DNA from: a virus
Lineage: Duplodnaviria; Caudoviricetes
DNA: 64,000 nucleotides
IMG/VR virus record: IMGVR_UViG_3300017766_004544
Location: 18,230 to 82,229 of that record
Strand: one strand, 5' to 3'
Shown: positions 17,918-27,795 of the stretch, one piece after another
How the letters are laid out: each line of letters starts with the position of its first letter
How positions within the stretch are numbered: the stretch's first letter is position 1
Program-made: the position numbers and the translations under genes
Notes under the pieces: generated by a model
Database searches by the model: none
The model's input: only the letters and a program-made list of their open reading frames with translations
What the model was told of the DNA's origin: nothing

Positions 17918-18808
17918 TCAAGCGAAGTTCGGCGCCAACCGCGCCAATACCTCGGAACCCGACTTGACGTAATAGACGAGCAGATCAATTGCACCGCTGG
18001 TACTGGTGATGCTCGGGGTGCCACTGCTGAATTTCCAGTAGCCCCCATAGCTGACGGTGTAGGGCCCGCCGCTGGCTGGCTGGATCAACTCCACGACTCC
18101 CGATTGCCCAGCGGCAAGACCTGTGGGATTGCCCAGCACGATGTTCTGGTCCAGCACGCAACTGAAGTAATTGCCGCCACTGAAATCCGGCGTCACGGTG
18201 GCCGCGCTGACCAAGTTGACCACCGCGCCGCGCTGGGCGGCAGTGAACAGCTGAACTTGGTTCAACAAGGCCAGGGTGCCACTGGCATCGGGGATGCCGA
18301 TGTCGCGATCAGCCGTAGGGTCCGCCACAACAAAACGGGTCTCGAAGCCGTTGGCGGTGGCTCCCTCGAAGCTGAGCTGGTAGCCCGCGCCGATCTCGAC
18401 ATTGCCACTGAAGATGCCGCCGCTCTGGGGCATCGCCGCGGAGGCCAGGTCGTAGGCGGCCTTGACCGCATTGGGTGTTGCAGCTGTGGTTGTACTGGTA
18501 CTACTGGTCGAATCCGTAAGCTGCAGAACACCTGCTCCTGTGGTCGAGCCGGCGACCACTCGCGCTGCATTGATTGTCTGCGTCGTCGCCTGATTGATCA
18601 GGTTGACCTGCACATCCGCTGTCAGCTCCGCCGGCGCTCCGCCAGTGCCGTAGCGACCCAGTACGGTGTTTGCCGACATGGGAGAGAACATCCCAAAATC
18701 CAGTGGCACGACTGGCCATGCTCCCGCCCCGACCGGATCGGCGAACAAACGCTGGTTGACGCGATCGACGTATAGCGGCCTACGCTGAGGATCCGTATTG
18801 CCAGCCAT
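17918..18808 (-). CDS. Tail fibre protein
   Basis: GVLQLTDSTSSTSTTTAATPNAVKAAYD phage tail-fibre repeat. Confidence 0.75.
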   Translation of the reverse strand: MAGNTDPQRRPLYVDRVNQRLFADPVGAGAWPVVPLDFGMFSPMSANTVLGRYGTGGAPAELTADVQVNLINQATTQTINAARVVAGSTTGAGVLQLTDSTSSTSTTTAATPNAVKAAYDLASAAMPQSGGIFSGNVEIGAGYQLSFEGATANGFETRFVVADPTADRDIGIPDASGTLALLNQVQLFTAAQRGAVVNLVSAATVTPDFSGGNYFSCVLDQNIVLGNPTGLAAGQSGVVELIQPASGGPYTVSYGGYWKFSSGTPSITSTSGAIDLLVYYVKSGSEVLARLAPNFA

Positions 18809-18842
18809 TTCCGCCAGATTTTATCGCAATTCTAGGAAGCCC

Positions 18843-20251
18843 CTAAGGGACGATCACTGGGGCACCTGGGCTGCCGGGATCGACAAACTGCAAAACAGGA
18901 AATGCATTCCCACCAACCGTTACGGTACCTTCAAAGCTCTGGGTACCCGCATTAAAAATACGCAAATTCTGAGTACCGCGCTCTAGCCACCAGTCATTCT
19001 GACGGCACCAAACATCCAGGGGCTCTACCGAGTCGTTCCACAGCAGAGGGCGAGCATCTGGACGAATGGCATCACGTGGATCGCCACCCGGGAACAGGAT
19101 GATGCCAACCGCATCGGCCACCGTCATCGCGAAACGGTCCCAATTCACTTGCCGCAGCCGGAAGTAATCCATGATCTCTTCCGAGGAATACCGCCTCTCC
19201 GCCTCTGCCTGGAATTCCAGGAACGCACGCTCGTCGCCAACGGGATAGTCATCCGGCTCGAGCCACGGCACCCCACACTGCCAGCGAATCGAGTGGATGT
19301 GCTTGCACTCGCGCCGCTCGTCCCGCCGCCGAGGCAGTGTGCGCCACTGGCGGTAGTAGCCGACCCCCTGGCGCTCCCAGGCTGAGTTCACGTCCCGAGC
19401 GGCATTGGGCAGTGGGAACAGGTCCCGCCGCTGGCCCTTGTCCGGTCTCTCCAAGTTGGCGAGTGCGCCCCCGAGGTGGTCGGGGCAACAGCAGAAGAAC
19501 TTGAATGACGAGCACAGATAGCGCGATCCGTCCCCTTTCCAACTGATCGGGGCACTCGGGTCGTACGGCAGGTTGTCCCAGTACACCCGGCCATTGCGCT
19601 GCAGGCGCCCCGCCGGACGGGACAGATCAAAGGTCAGCGTCGATCCGGCGACATTCACTGCTGTCAGTGTCAGGGCCACACTGCCGGCATCGCGTTCGAC
19701 CAGGCCGCCGGGGTAGCTGGGCCCGCTCGCAGAGTCCTCGAATTGATCGCCGATGAAAATCGAGAACACCCCAAGCTGGGCGCTGGACAGGATTCCACTG
19801 ACATTGAGCGTCAGCGTATGGGTGCTTGGGTCACTGCCAGTGGTATTCAGCGTGATCCGGGCAGCTGTGATCGGTTGCGGCAGGATGATCGACCCTCGCG
19901 TTCGGCAACTCGCATACCAGGCCTTCTCCGGCGAGGTGGCGCTTGGGAACAGCGTCGTCACCTCCTTGGAGGTGCCATCGACGGCCCCTGTCACGAAGCG
20001 GGCAAGGCTGTAGATCTGGTAGTCACCCCAGCTCCGACCTGTTCCAAAGAAGTATTCCTGGCCCAGGCGCCAGCGCTTGTAATCGCTTTCTCGGTTATAG
20101 GACTCGAGGATCGTGGGATAAGCCGTGCTGCCGTACTCGCCAAGCCCGGCTCCCTTGGAGGGATAGATCCCATCGGCGCGGCGCTTGGCCGCCCGATTGA
20201 GGGACGGCGGCTGCATGCCACGGTCCAGCCTGTCGCCGCTCCGGCGCGGCA

Positions 20252-20252
<1 letters not shown>
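18843..20252 (-). CDS. Protein with SWIM-like zinc finger
   Basis: FFCCCPDH ... RECKHIHS (CxC...CxH). Confidence 0.55.
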
Positions 20253-21304
<1,052 letters not shown>

Positions 21305-21312
21305 GATCTAGG

Positions 21313-21852
21313 TCAGAAGAAGCCGCCCTGCGCGAAAACATGTACGCGTGTTGCCGCACTGGGAGCCGACAGCGCTGCACTCACTCCCACGTACACCAGC
21401 GCAGTCGAGGGTACGTACAGGCCAGTATTTTTCTTGTCCGTCTCGGTTGGATAAGTGGCCATGGTCGCGGCGGGCGACGCCAGGTTTGGCACCGGGACCG
21501 ATAGTGCTGGCAGAGAGATGTTGACGCGCTGGCCTGCGGTATTACCTGCGGGGATTGCAACGCTGGCGACGCATGCCGTATTCAGTGCTGAAACCGAGGC
21601 TGTCGTTGCAGCCGTACTCAGGAACACCAGGACTGTGCTGGCGGTTGTCGATGCTTCCGTGATGACCACCGACAGCGAATCGATGACGCCGCCATCATTG
21701 GAACTGCAGTCAACCAGTAGCGCGCATCCGGCTCCGCTGGGTGTGTTGAAATTCGTCGCTGTGGTCAGAGCAGCCGTACCGCCGATCGTTGCAAATGAAT
21801 GCAACGGGCGATCGACCAGCAAGGGCATTTTGTTGCTTGAGCTTGTTGCCAA
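21313..21852 (-). CDS. Putative structural protein
   Basis: TTG start, A/T/S-rich beta character, TAGACT 44 nt upstream. Confidence 0.65.
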   Translation of the reverse strand: MATSSSNKMPLLVDRPLHSFATIGGTAALTTATNFNTPSGAGCALLVDCSSNDGGVIDSLSVVITEASTTASTVLVFLSTAATTASVSALNTACVASVAIPAGNTAGQRVNISLPALSVPVPNLASPAATMATYPTETDKKNTGLYVPSTALVYVGVSAALSAPSAATRVHVFAQGGFF

Positions 21853-21912
21853 TCTCTACCCCCGAGGCGTCAGCCAGACTGCAAGACCTGCATTGCAGTC
21901 TAACCGTGACAA

Positions 21913-22431
21913 TCAGGCAGGCTTTGGTACGTTTCGCTTGGGCCCACTGCCCAGGGAAACGCCAGTCGACATCCCCAGGGACTGCGCGGGTTCGGCAGCT
22001 GCCGGGGCAGAGGGCCTTTTCTGCATGGCGCCATCAATCTGAGCCAAGCGGCTCCCTGCGCCAAAGCCATATCCCGGAGTACGCGGTTGGTCGGCGGCGC
22101 CCTTGGTTGGGGCGGCGGCGGCGACCAGGCTGGCAGCAGGGGGCGGGGTTGTCAGGGTCGGCTCCTCTTGGCGCATGAATTGACGACCGTCGCCATAGGG
22201 GCTGGCGTAGGTGGTCAGGCCATCTGCAATCGCGTCGTATCGAAACTCCGAGGGCTTTGCCTTGGCGGCATAGAAGTTGTTCGGGTTAGTGGGCACCATG
22301 CCTGAGGCAGCCGTGAAATCACGGCTGATCTCACGCCCCATGGCCCGGTCCTCGTACCAATGGCCTTCCTGCGGTGTCTCGCCACGGACTTCGCCCGTGT
22401 TGTAGCGACCTTGCGGATGACGGCTGTTCAT
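21913..22431 (-). CDS. Hypothetical protein
   Basis: Tightly packed in the minus-strand run. Confidence 0.55.
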   Translation of the reverse strand: MNSRHPQGRYNTGEVRGETPQEGHWYEDRAMGREISRDFTAASGMVPTNPNNFYAAKAKPSEFRYDAIADGLTTYASPYGDGRQFMRQEEPTLTTPPPAASLVAAAAPTKGAADQPRTPGYGFGAGSRLAQIDGAMQKRPSAPAAAEPAQSLGMSTGVSLGSGPKRNVPKPA

Positions 22432-22434
22432 GGC

Positions 22435-23688
22435 TCAGTAACCCAGGCGAGCGGTTCGGGTGCGCAGGCCATCGACGTAACGGCGGGCCAGCTCGTCGGC
22501 AGGATTGGGCTTGTTGCCAGGCGCATCCGGCTGCGAGGGCTCGACACCTACCTCTCCTGCTGCGGCACTGGTCGGCTGCAGAGTCGGGCCACTGCCTGTG
22601 CCGGTCGCAACTGCCTGGGCGGCTGCAGGCTGACCCAGGGAGGCGAACTGCCGGTTCAATTCAGGGCTGCTGAACGGCTCGGCGATTTCCATCTCGGCAC
22701 CCGCTGCCGGAGTGATGGCCGCCTTGGCCGTCTGGGCCCAGTTCACACCCATGTCGACCTGCGGCTGCATCGATTCCGGCAGCACGCGCGCCAGGGTGCC
22801 ATCGGCAGCTTGCTGGAAGATGCGCTGCGTCAGGGCTGCATTCTCCCGGCCCTGGATCTCGGCCACCCCAGCCTGCGCTTGCTGAAGTGCCGTTCCGTCG
22901 TAGCCAACGAGCCCCTTCATGCCGGCCTGCACCGCACTTGCCGCATCGGTGGGCATCGCAATGCGCTCCGCACCGACGGCCAGTGCGGTGCCAGCCTCGC
23001 CCGGTGCATCGAGCAGACCCCGCTTGCCCTGCTCTTCCAGGAAGCGATCGACGATGTTCTTGCCATCTACACCTTTGGGCGCGTTCTGGTTGGCGGCAAT
23101 CCATGCCTGGATGTCAGCGCGCTGGGCGTAACCGGCTGTTCCGGCCTTGGGGCCCGTCTTGGCGGCCTCGGCCAGGGCGGCCCCCGTCTGGCCTTGCCAA
23201 TAGTTCTGCGGCGCGTACTGCTGCGCCATCGCGGTCAGGTTTGAGTCACGAGCGCGCTGAGCGGGGTCCCCGTATGCAGCCGGGGCACCAAGACCAGGGG
23301 CGGGGCGAGGATCTCTGCTCTCTGATCCCTCCCGTCTGTCGATCGTGGGGGGCGCAGATCCCTCGCCCATCCGGGCCTTGTAGATACCGAGCTGTCCTTC
23401 CCGTGCCCGGATCGCGTCGTCGGCTGCTTGCATCTGCCTGGCATTGGCAGCCATTCCCTGATCTAGCGCTTCGCTGTAGCCGGGGATCCACCCCAGCAAG
23501 CCCTTGTTGACCCGTCCCTGCCAGAGATTGTCATTCGCCTGCTGACGAATCGCGCGGGCGCTGGACAGCATCTGCTCGGTCTGACCCCGTGCGCTGCGGG
23601 TCTTTGCCGATGCGGCAGCGTCGTTGTAGTTCCGATGGGTTCTCCCCTGGTCATCTACGTAGCGACCGTCCGGAAGCTTGTAACCCAC
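22435..23688 (-). CDS. Putative virion protein
   Basis: 417 aa, A/G/Q-rich, in the structural run. Confidence 0.65.
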   Translation of the reverse strand: MGYKLPDGRYVDDQGRTHRNYNDAAASAKTRSARGQTEQMLSSARAIRQQANDNLWQGRVNKGLLGWIPGYSEALDQGMAANARQMQAADDAIRAREGQLGIYKARMGEGSAPPTIDRREGSESRDPRPAPGLGAPAAYGDPAQRARDSNLTAMAQQYAPQNYWQGQTGAALAEAAKTGPKAGTAGYAQRADIQAWIAANQNAPKGVDGKNIVDRFLEEQGKRGLLDAPGEAGTALAVGAERIAMPTDAASAVQAGMKGLVGYDGTALQQAQAGVAEIQGRENAALTQRIFQQAADGTLARVLPESMQPQVDMGVNWAQTAKAAITPAAGAEMEIAEPFSSPELNRQFASLGQPAAAQAVATGTGSGPTLQPTSAAAGEVGVEPSQPDAPGNKPNPADELARRYVDGLRTRTARLGY

Positions 23689-23691
23689 TGT

Positions 23692-24111
23692 TTACCTCCA
23701 GTTCATGGAACCTGTTGCCTGAAGGACGCGAGTTCCCACGGCAGTATCTGCTGGGCCCGGGACGGCCATGATGAATTCCACGCCAGCACGCTCAAAGGCG
23801 TAACGGCGGACCTCCTCGCGGCGATAGTTCGCCACGTAGAGGGTTTCGGCTAGCAGGTCCACTTCCCGCAGGTAGACCTCCCGGTAGTCCTTGGCCGCCT
23901 TGAGCGGATCGGACTGATAGATCGCGCGATCTGTGTCCCCAGTGATGCGCTCAATGCGGCTCGGCTGGGGCTGATCCTCGACCCGGAAGATTTGAGAAAT
24001 CCGGTAGGCCTTGTCGCAGCGATCCAGATGCTCGATTATCCGGCTATAGAAATAGCTATCGGGTACGCGAGCCATCGCTTCCTCGAGGCGGGCAATGTCA
24101 CCCGCCGGCAA
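23692..24111 (-). CDS. Putative head-completion / connector protein (start probably further upstream, near 24177)
   Basis: Position downstream of capsid genes; frame stays open upstream with protein-like ELNDYDKSRCRFHLGYN. Confidence 0.55.
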   Translation of the reverse strand: MPAGDIARLEEAMARVPDSYFYSRIIEHLDRCDKAYRISQIFRVEDQPQPSRIERITGDTDRAIYQSDPLKAAKDYREVYLREVDLLAETLYVANYRREEVRRYAFERAGVEFIMAVPGPADTAVGTRVLQATGSMNWR

Positions 24112-24213
24112 GTTGGCCCCGACGTTGTAGCCGAGGTGAAAGCGACAACGGCTTTTGTCGTAATCGTTGAGTTCGATTGGACTGACCGCCGACCTTGACT
24201 GATTCTAGGATTC

Positions 24214-24645
24214 TCAGCCGACGTAGATCAGATCGGCACCGATCACCTCGTCCCAATCCACGCGGCCAATGCGCTTGAGCTGGTCAAGATTAGAGAAGCG
24301 TTCACCCGACAGACTCAGACGCAGCTCCACAATCTTCTTGGCGGTGCTGTAGCCAATGCCCTTGACGACTTTCGCAATCGCTTCAGCAGAGGCGGTATTG
24401 ATGTTCAGGCGGGTGTCCACCGGAATCACGCTCTCGGGCACGGCATCCTCATCGGCAGGCTGCTCAGCGGATTGCGGCTTGGGGCCATCGCCAACACGCC
24501 CCTTGCCAGGCTCGTAGGCCACAAGGTCGGCGAGGGCGAGATACTGCACCGCGCCAGCGGAATTGCGGATCATGGCCCAGTCCTTGTCGTGGTGGGCGAT
24601 GAACTCAACGATCTGACCGTTCTTGGTGTTCTGGTACAGCGCCAT
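24214..24645 (-). CDS. Helix-hairpin-helix (ComEA-like) DNA-binding protein
   Basis: RLNINTASAEAIAKVVKGIGYSTAKKIVELR...FSNLDQLKRIGRV. Confidence 0.8.
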   Translation of the reverse strand: MALYQNTKNGQIVEFIAHHDKDWAMIRNSAGAVQYLALADLVAYEPGKGRVGDGPKPQSAEQPADEDAVPESVIPVDTRLNINTASAEAIAKVVKGIGYSTAKKIVELRLSLSGERFSNLDQLKRIGRVDWDEVIGADLIYVG

Positions 24646-24656
24646 AACGCACAGAC

Positions 24657-24686
24657 AAAAAAGGGCGCCTGTTCAAACAGACGCCC
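24657..24686 (-). terminator. Intrinsic terminator after the capsid gene pair
   Basis: Minus strand GGGCGTCTGT-TTGA-ACAGGCGCCC followed by T6. Confidence 0.8.
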
Positions 24687-24719
24687 TCATTGTAGGGACA
24701 AACCCTCAGATCACAGAGA

Positions 24720-25358
24720 TCAGGACTCGGTGATGTAGGGGATGCTCACGTCATTCAGCTCGGCCACGGCATCGTCGAGGTAGTAAGCCACCTCGCAGAT
24801 GATGGGGGTGCCACCAGTCAGGCTGGAGGTCAGGGTCGAGCCGGCTGCGGTGCCGGCGCTGCTGGTCACGAAGACCTTCAGGGTTTCGGCGCCAGTCAGT
24901 GCCACAGGAGTGATCACAGACTTGCTGGCAGCCACGGGGGCCACGGTGCCGCTAGCCACGGCGATGGTGGCGCTGTTGGTCGACAGAGTTGTCGCGGTCA
25001 GCGCATCATCGTTGCCGATGGCGTCAGCCAGCTTGATCCGGTTGGTGTTGGTGCCAACCAGGCCAGAGAAGGCGGTGCCCACGCCACGGTCCTTACGCAG
25101 GTCAGGCACACGCACGCCCAGGTAGTAGACGTTGGCGCCAGCAGGCAGGGTCAGGCCAGTGATGTCAGCACGGGCCTTGTCATCACCGCGCTTATCGGGC
25201 GAGGGGATGATCACATCGAAGCTGGTGCCGCCGGTGGCGTTAACCAGGGCGTAGCCAGTGATGTGGTAGTACACACGGCCGGGCAGGCAAACCGCGGGCT
25301 GGCCCTGGTAGGAGCTCAGGCGGTTGACGTAGTTGCCGGGGTAGATCTTCTTAGCCAT
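24720..25358 (-). CDS. Putative capsid decoration / minor capsid protein
   Basis: Directly follows the MCP stop and precedes a strong terminator; beta-rich. Confidence 0.55.
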   Translation of the reverse strand: MAKKIYPGNYVNRLSSYQGQPAVCLPGRVYYHITGYALVNATGGTSFDVIIPSPDKRGDDKARADITGLTLPAGANVYYLGVRVPDLRKDRGVGTAFSGLVGTNTNRIKLADAIGNDDALTATTLSTNSATIAVASGTVAPVAASKSVITPVALTGAETLKVFVTSSAGTAAGSTLTSSLTGGTPIICEVAYYLDDAVAELNDVSIPYITES

Positions 25359-25374
25359 AGTTCGTTACCTCCTA

Positions 25375-26099
25375 TCAGTACACGAACGAGTAGGCCACGG
25401 TCACGAAGTCCTTGTTCAGGATCTCGAAACCGGCGAAGAGCGACCAAATCATGATGATAAAGCGACTGAAATCGTCGTTATTATTCAACAAGATCTGAGC
25501 GTTGTTGCCGCCGATGCCAACGCCCACGGCCTGAGGACCGAAGAACAGCATCGGAGCAGCGGTGGTCACGGCGCTGGTGATAGAGGCATCAGCGATCGTG
25601 ACCTGCAGGCTCTTCTCGGGTAGGTTGGTGCTCTCGAACCAACGGACGCCCTCAAAGAGGAAGCCCGAGGGCATCACGGCCTGGCCTGCCACGAAGCCGG
25701 CTTGACCGTAAGCAGGGCCCATGCCACGGAAGAAGCTGGCATTGGGGGCCAGTTCGGGCTGCATGGGGTTGACCATGCCATTGCCTGCATAACGAGCGAT
25801 CTCACGGAACGCATCGTTCTGACGCAGGTGCATCATTGCGGTGGGGTCCGCGATGCAGCGGTAGTACCCATCGGCGAAGGTGGGCACGTTGCGCTTACGC
25901 ATGTCCTTCACGACCTCGAGGAGGTCGGTCTTGACATCGAACTTGGCGGATTCGCCAGCTGCGTAGGTCAGGAAGGGGGCAGAAGCTGCCTTGGCCTTCT
26001 TCAGGGGGTAGAAGTAACCACCCTTGGTGCTGTCAGCTGCGCCATTGGCTTCAGCTTTGAAGAGTTCGTCGGCAAAAACCCGGTCACGCCAGCGCCTGT
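25375..26099 (-). CDS. Major capsid protein, exon 2
   Basis: Begins AC|AGG CGC TGG after the intron's terminal G and reads RRWRDRVFADELF... in frame into track ORF 25375..25911. Confidence 0.85.
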
Positions 26100-27296
26100 C
26101 ACTGCTGCCCCGAAGGGCCGCGAGGCTCTTTATCCTCGCGCTTGCTCTTTGTCATCGAGCAAGGTTAGACTATATCTTCACCATCCTTGAACTTCTGAAG
26201 ACCCCCTTGAACGCGTTGGCGCGCGAGGCGCTTGACGCGCTGACCGATTCACTCTCCGACAAGGAGATTGGCGAGCTCTATGGCCTGTCGAGGACGGCGG
26301 CCACCCATCATCGCAAAGCCGCTGGTGTGCGGTCGTTTGCTCAGAAGCACGGTCGACGCAGGTACGCCGACAGTTACGAGCGAAAACCTGGAGCCCAACG
26401 CGCCGTCAGCTATCGCCGCGAGATTCGCGAAGATTTCTTTCGCCAGATTGATACCCCCGAGAAGGCGTACTGGCTGGGCTTCCTTTCGGCCGATGGCTGG
26501 ATTGTCACCGAGAAAGGCGCCTTGAGGGGCGTTGGCCTTGCTCTGCATGAGAGAGATCAGGGCATCTTGGAGCAATACGCCCAAAGCGTTGGGTTCCCCG
26601 GCCCTCCCACTCGGGCTCGAGCAGGCTCACCGCTAATGCAGGTGAAGTTCACGAGTCCGGCCATGGCCGCGGATCTCGTGGCCCATGGGGTCACTCCCAG
26701 GAAATCTCGCACAATTACGTGGCCCGAGCTACAGAGTCGCCTACTCCGCCATTACGCCAGAGGCGTATTTGACGGCGATGGGTCAGTCGGGCGACGCCCG
26801 AATGGCTCTCTGGCAGCGCAGCTCACGACGGCAAGCGAGGCGTTCGCATATGGCTTCAAGTCGTGGGCCGACCCCGCCCTACCCCGGGAGACCTCCGTGG
26901 GTAAAGACAGGAATACCCACGTCTTGCGCTGGTACGCCGATAACGCCCTTGCTTTCGCCGGGCTCCTCTACGAGGGCACGACATCCGAGCGCTTGCGACT
27001 GGAGCGCAAGTACAGGGTCTTCTTCAGTTGACAAGGTGCAGGTGCGGGGCACTCGTGGGTCCGTTACCGAGTTTCCTCTCGGGACCTAGTCGTTGAACCT
27101 TCCGGCTTGTTGGCCGGATTGGCTGCTGATTACCCATGCGGCGTCAGGATTTTTAAGCGTTCACGATTGCCCTTCCGGGCTGCGTTGTAGCTCCTGAACC
27201 TATTCCGACCGCTGGCGTGATCGGGAAGGGCTTCCAGCAATTCACCCCGTGTTGCCCTAGGCGTTTCCGCCTAGGCGACCACAAGCCTTTCGGCCG
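26100..27296 (-). ncRNA. Group I self-splicing intron (1197 nt) in the major capsid gene
   Basis: P1 with U.G at the 5' splice site; IGS GCUUGUGGUC pairs both exons; P AAUUGCUGGAA, Q AAUCAGCAGCC, R GUUCAACGACUA, S AAGAUAUAGUCU; P9 hairpins; terminal G. Confidence 0.92.
26207..27031 (+). CDS. LAGLIDADG homing endonuclease, antisense within intron loop L8
   Basis: AYWLGFLSADGW and HYARGVFDGDGSV motifs, N-terminal HTH-like LSDKEIGELYGLSR; TTG start inferred. Confidence 0.85.
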   Translation: MNALAREALDALTDSLSDKEIGELYGLSRTAATHHRKAAGVRSFAQKHGRRRYADSYERKPGAQRAVSYRREIREDFFRQIDTPEKAYWLGFLSADGWIVTEKGALRGVGLALHERDQGILEQYAQSVGFPGPPTRARAGSPLMQVKFTSPAMAADLVAHGVTPRKSRTITWPELQSRLLRHYARGVFDGDGSVGRRPNGSLAAQLTTASEAFAYGFKSWADPALPRETSVGKDRNTHVLRWYADNALAFAGLLYEGTTSERLRLERKYRVFFS

Positions 27297-27714
27297 AGTC
27301 ATCCAGCAGAGTCAGCGAACCGATCGACTGGTGGAAAACATTCAGGTTGCCGGTGTCCAGCAGCAGGCGCTGGGCAGTCAGCAGGGTTTCCCGGGCCACC
27401 TTGAAGGTGGAGGGGGCGGAAGTATCGGTCGGATCAGCGGGGCCGGTGTACTCCTTGAGAGTCACCAGCACCTTATCCTTCACGATCGAGCGCGAAGATG
27501 CAGTGCCGAGGGTCTGATCAGCGGTACGCTCACGGCTGTCCTTGGTGCCAGGGGCACCCCAGAAGCGGTAGCGGTCAAGCTGAACAGTCTGGCCGGGTTG
27601 CTTGGCGAAGTCGTGCACAACCACGGGCTCGACCGCCATCTCCACGATGTACGAGGGATGGGGCCGATAGAGCTCGGCACCTAGCAGCTTCGGAAAGTCA
27701 TTGTCAATCCACAT
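27297..27714 (-). CDS. Major capsid protein, exon 1
   Basis: MWIDNDFPKLLGAELYRPHP...GQTVQLDRY...LTLLDD+T; 418 nt + 725 nt gives a 380-aa ORF; position and size fit an HK97-fold capsid. Confidence 0.85.
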
Positions 27715-27795
27715 GGGATGAAATGTCCGAGCGACAAGTGTGCGAGAAGGCACGCAAGGCGCCTCCTGGGGCTTACTATAAAACAGTCTCGTAGT

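Noticed and set aside
13214-18808. Diversity-generating retroelement acting on fibre genes
   Set aside because: No reverse transcriptase motif and no TR/VR pair differing at adenines was seen; the duplicated fibre domain is diverged at all positions.
26024-26206. 5' part of the track ORF for the intron endonuclease
   Set aside because: It runs antisense through capsid exon 2 and the P9/P7/P8 elements with no domain character; a start at TTG 26207 or 26216 is more plausible.
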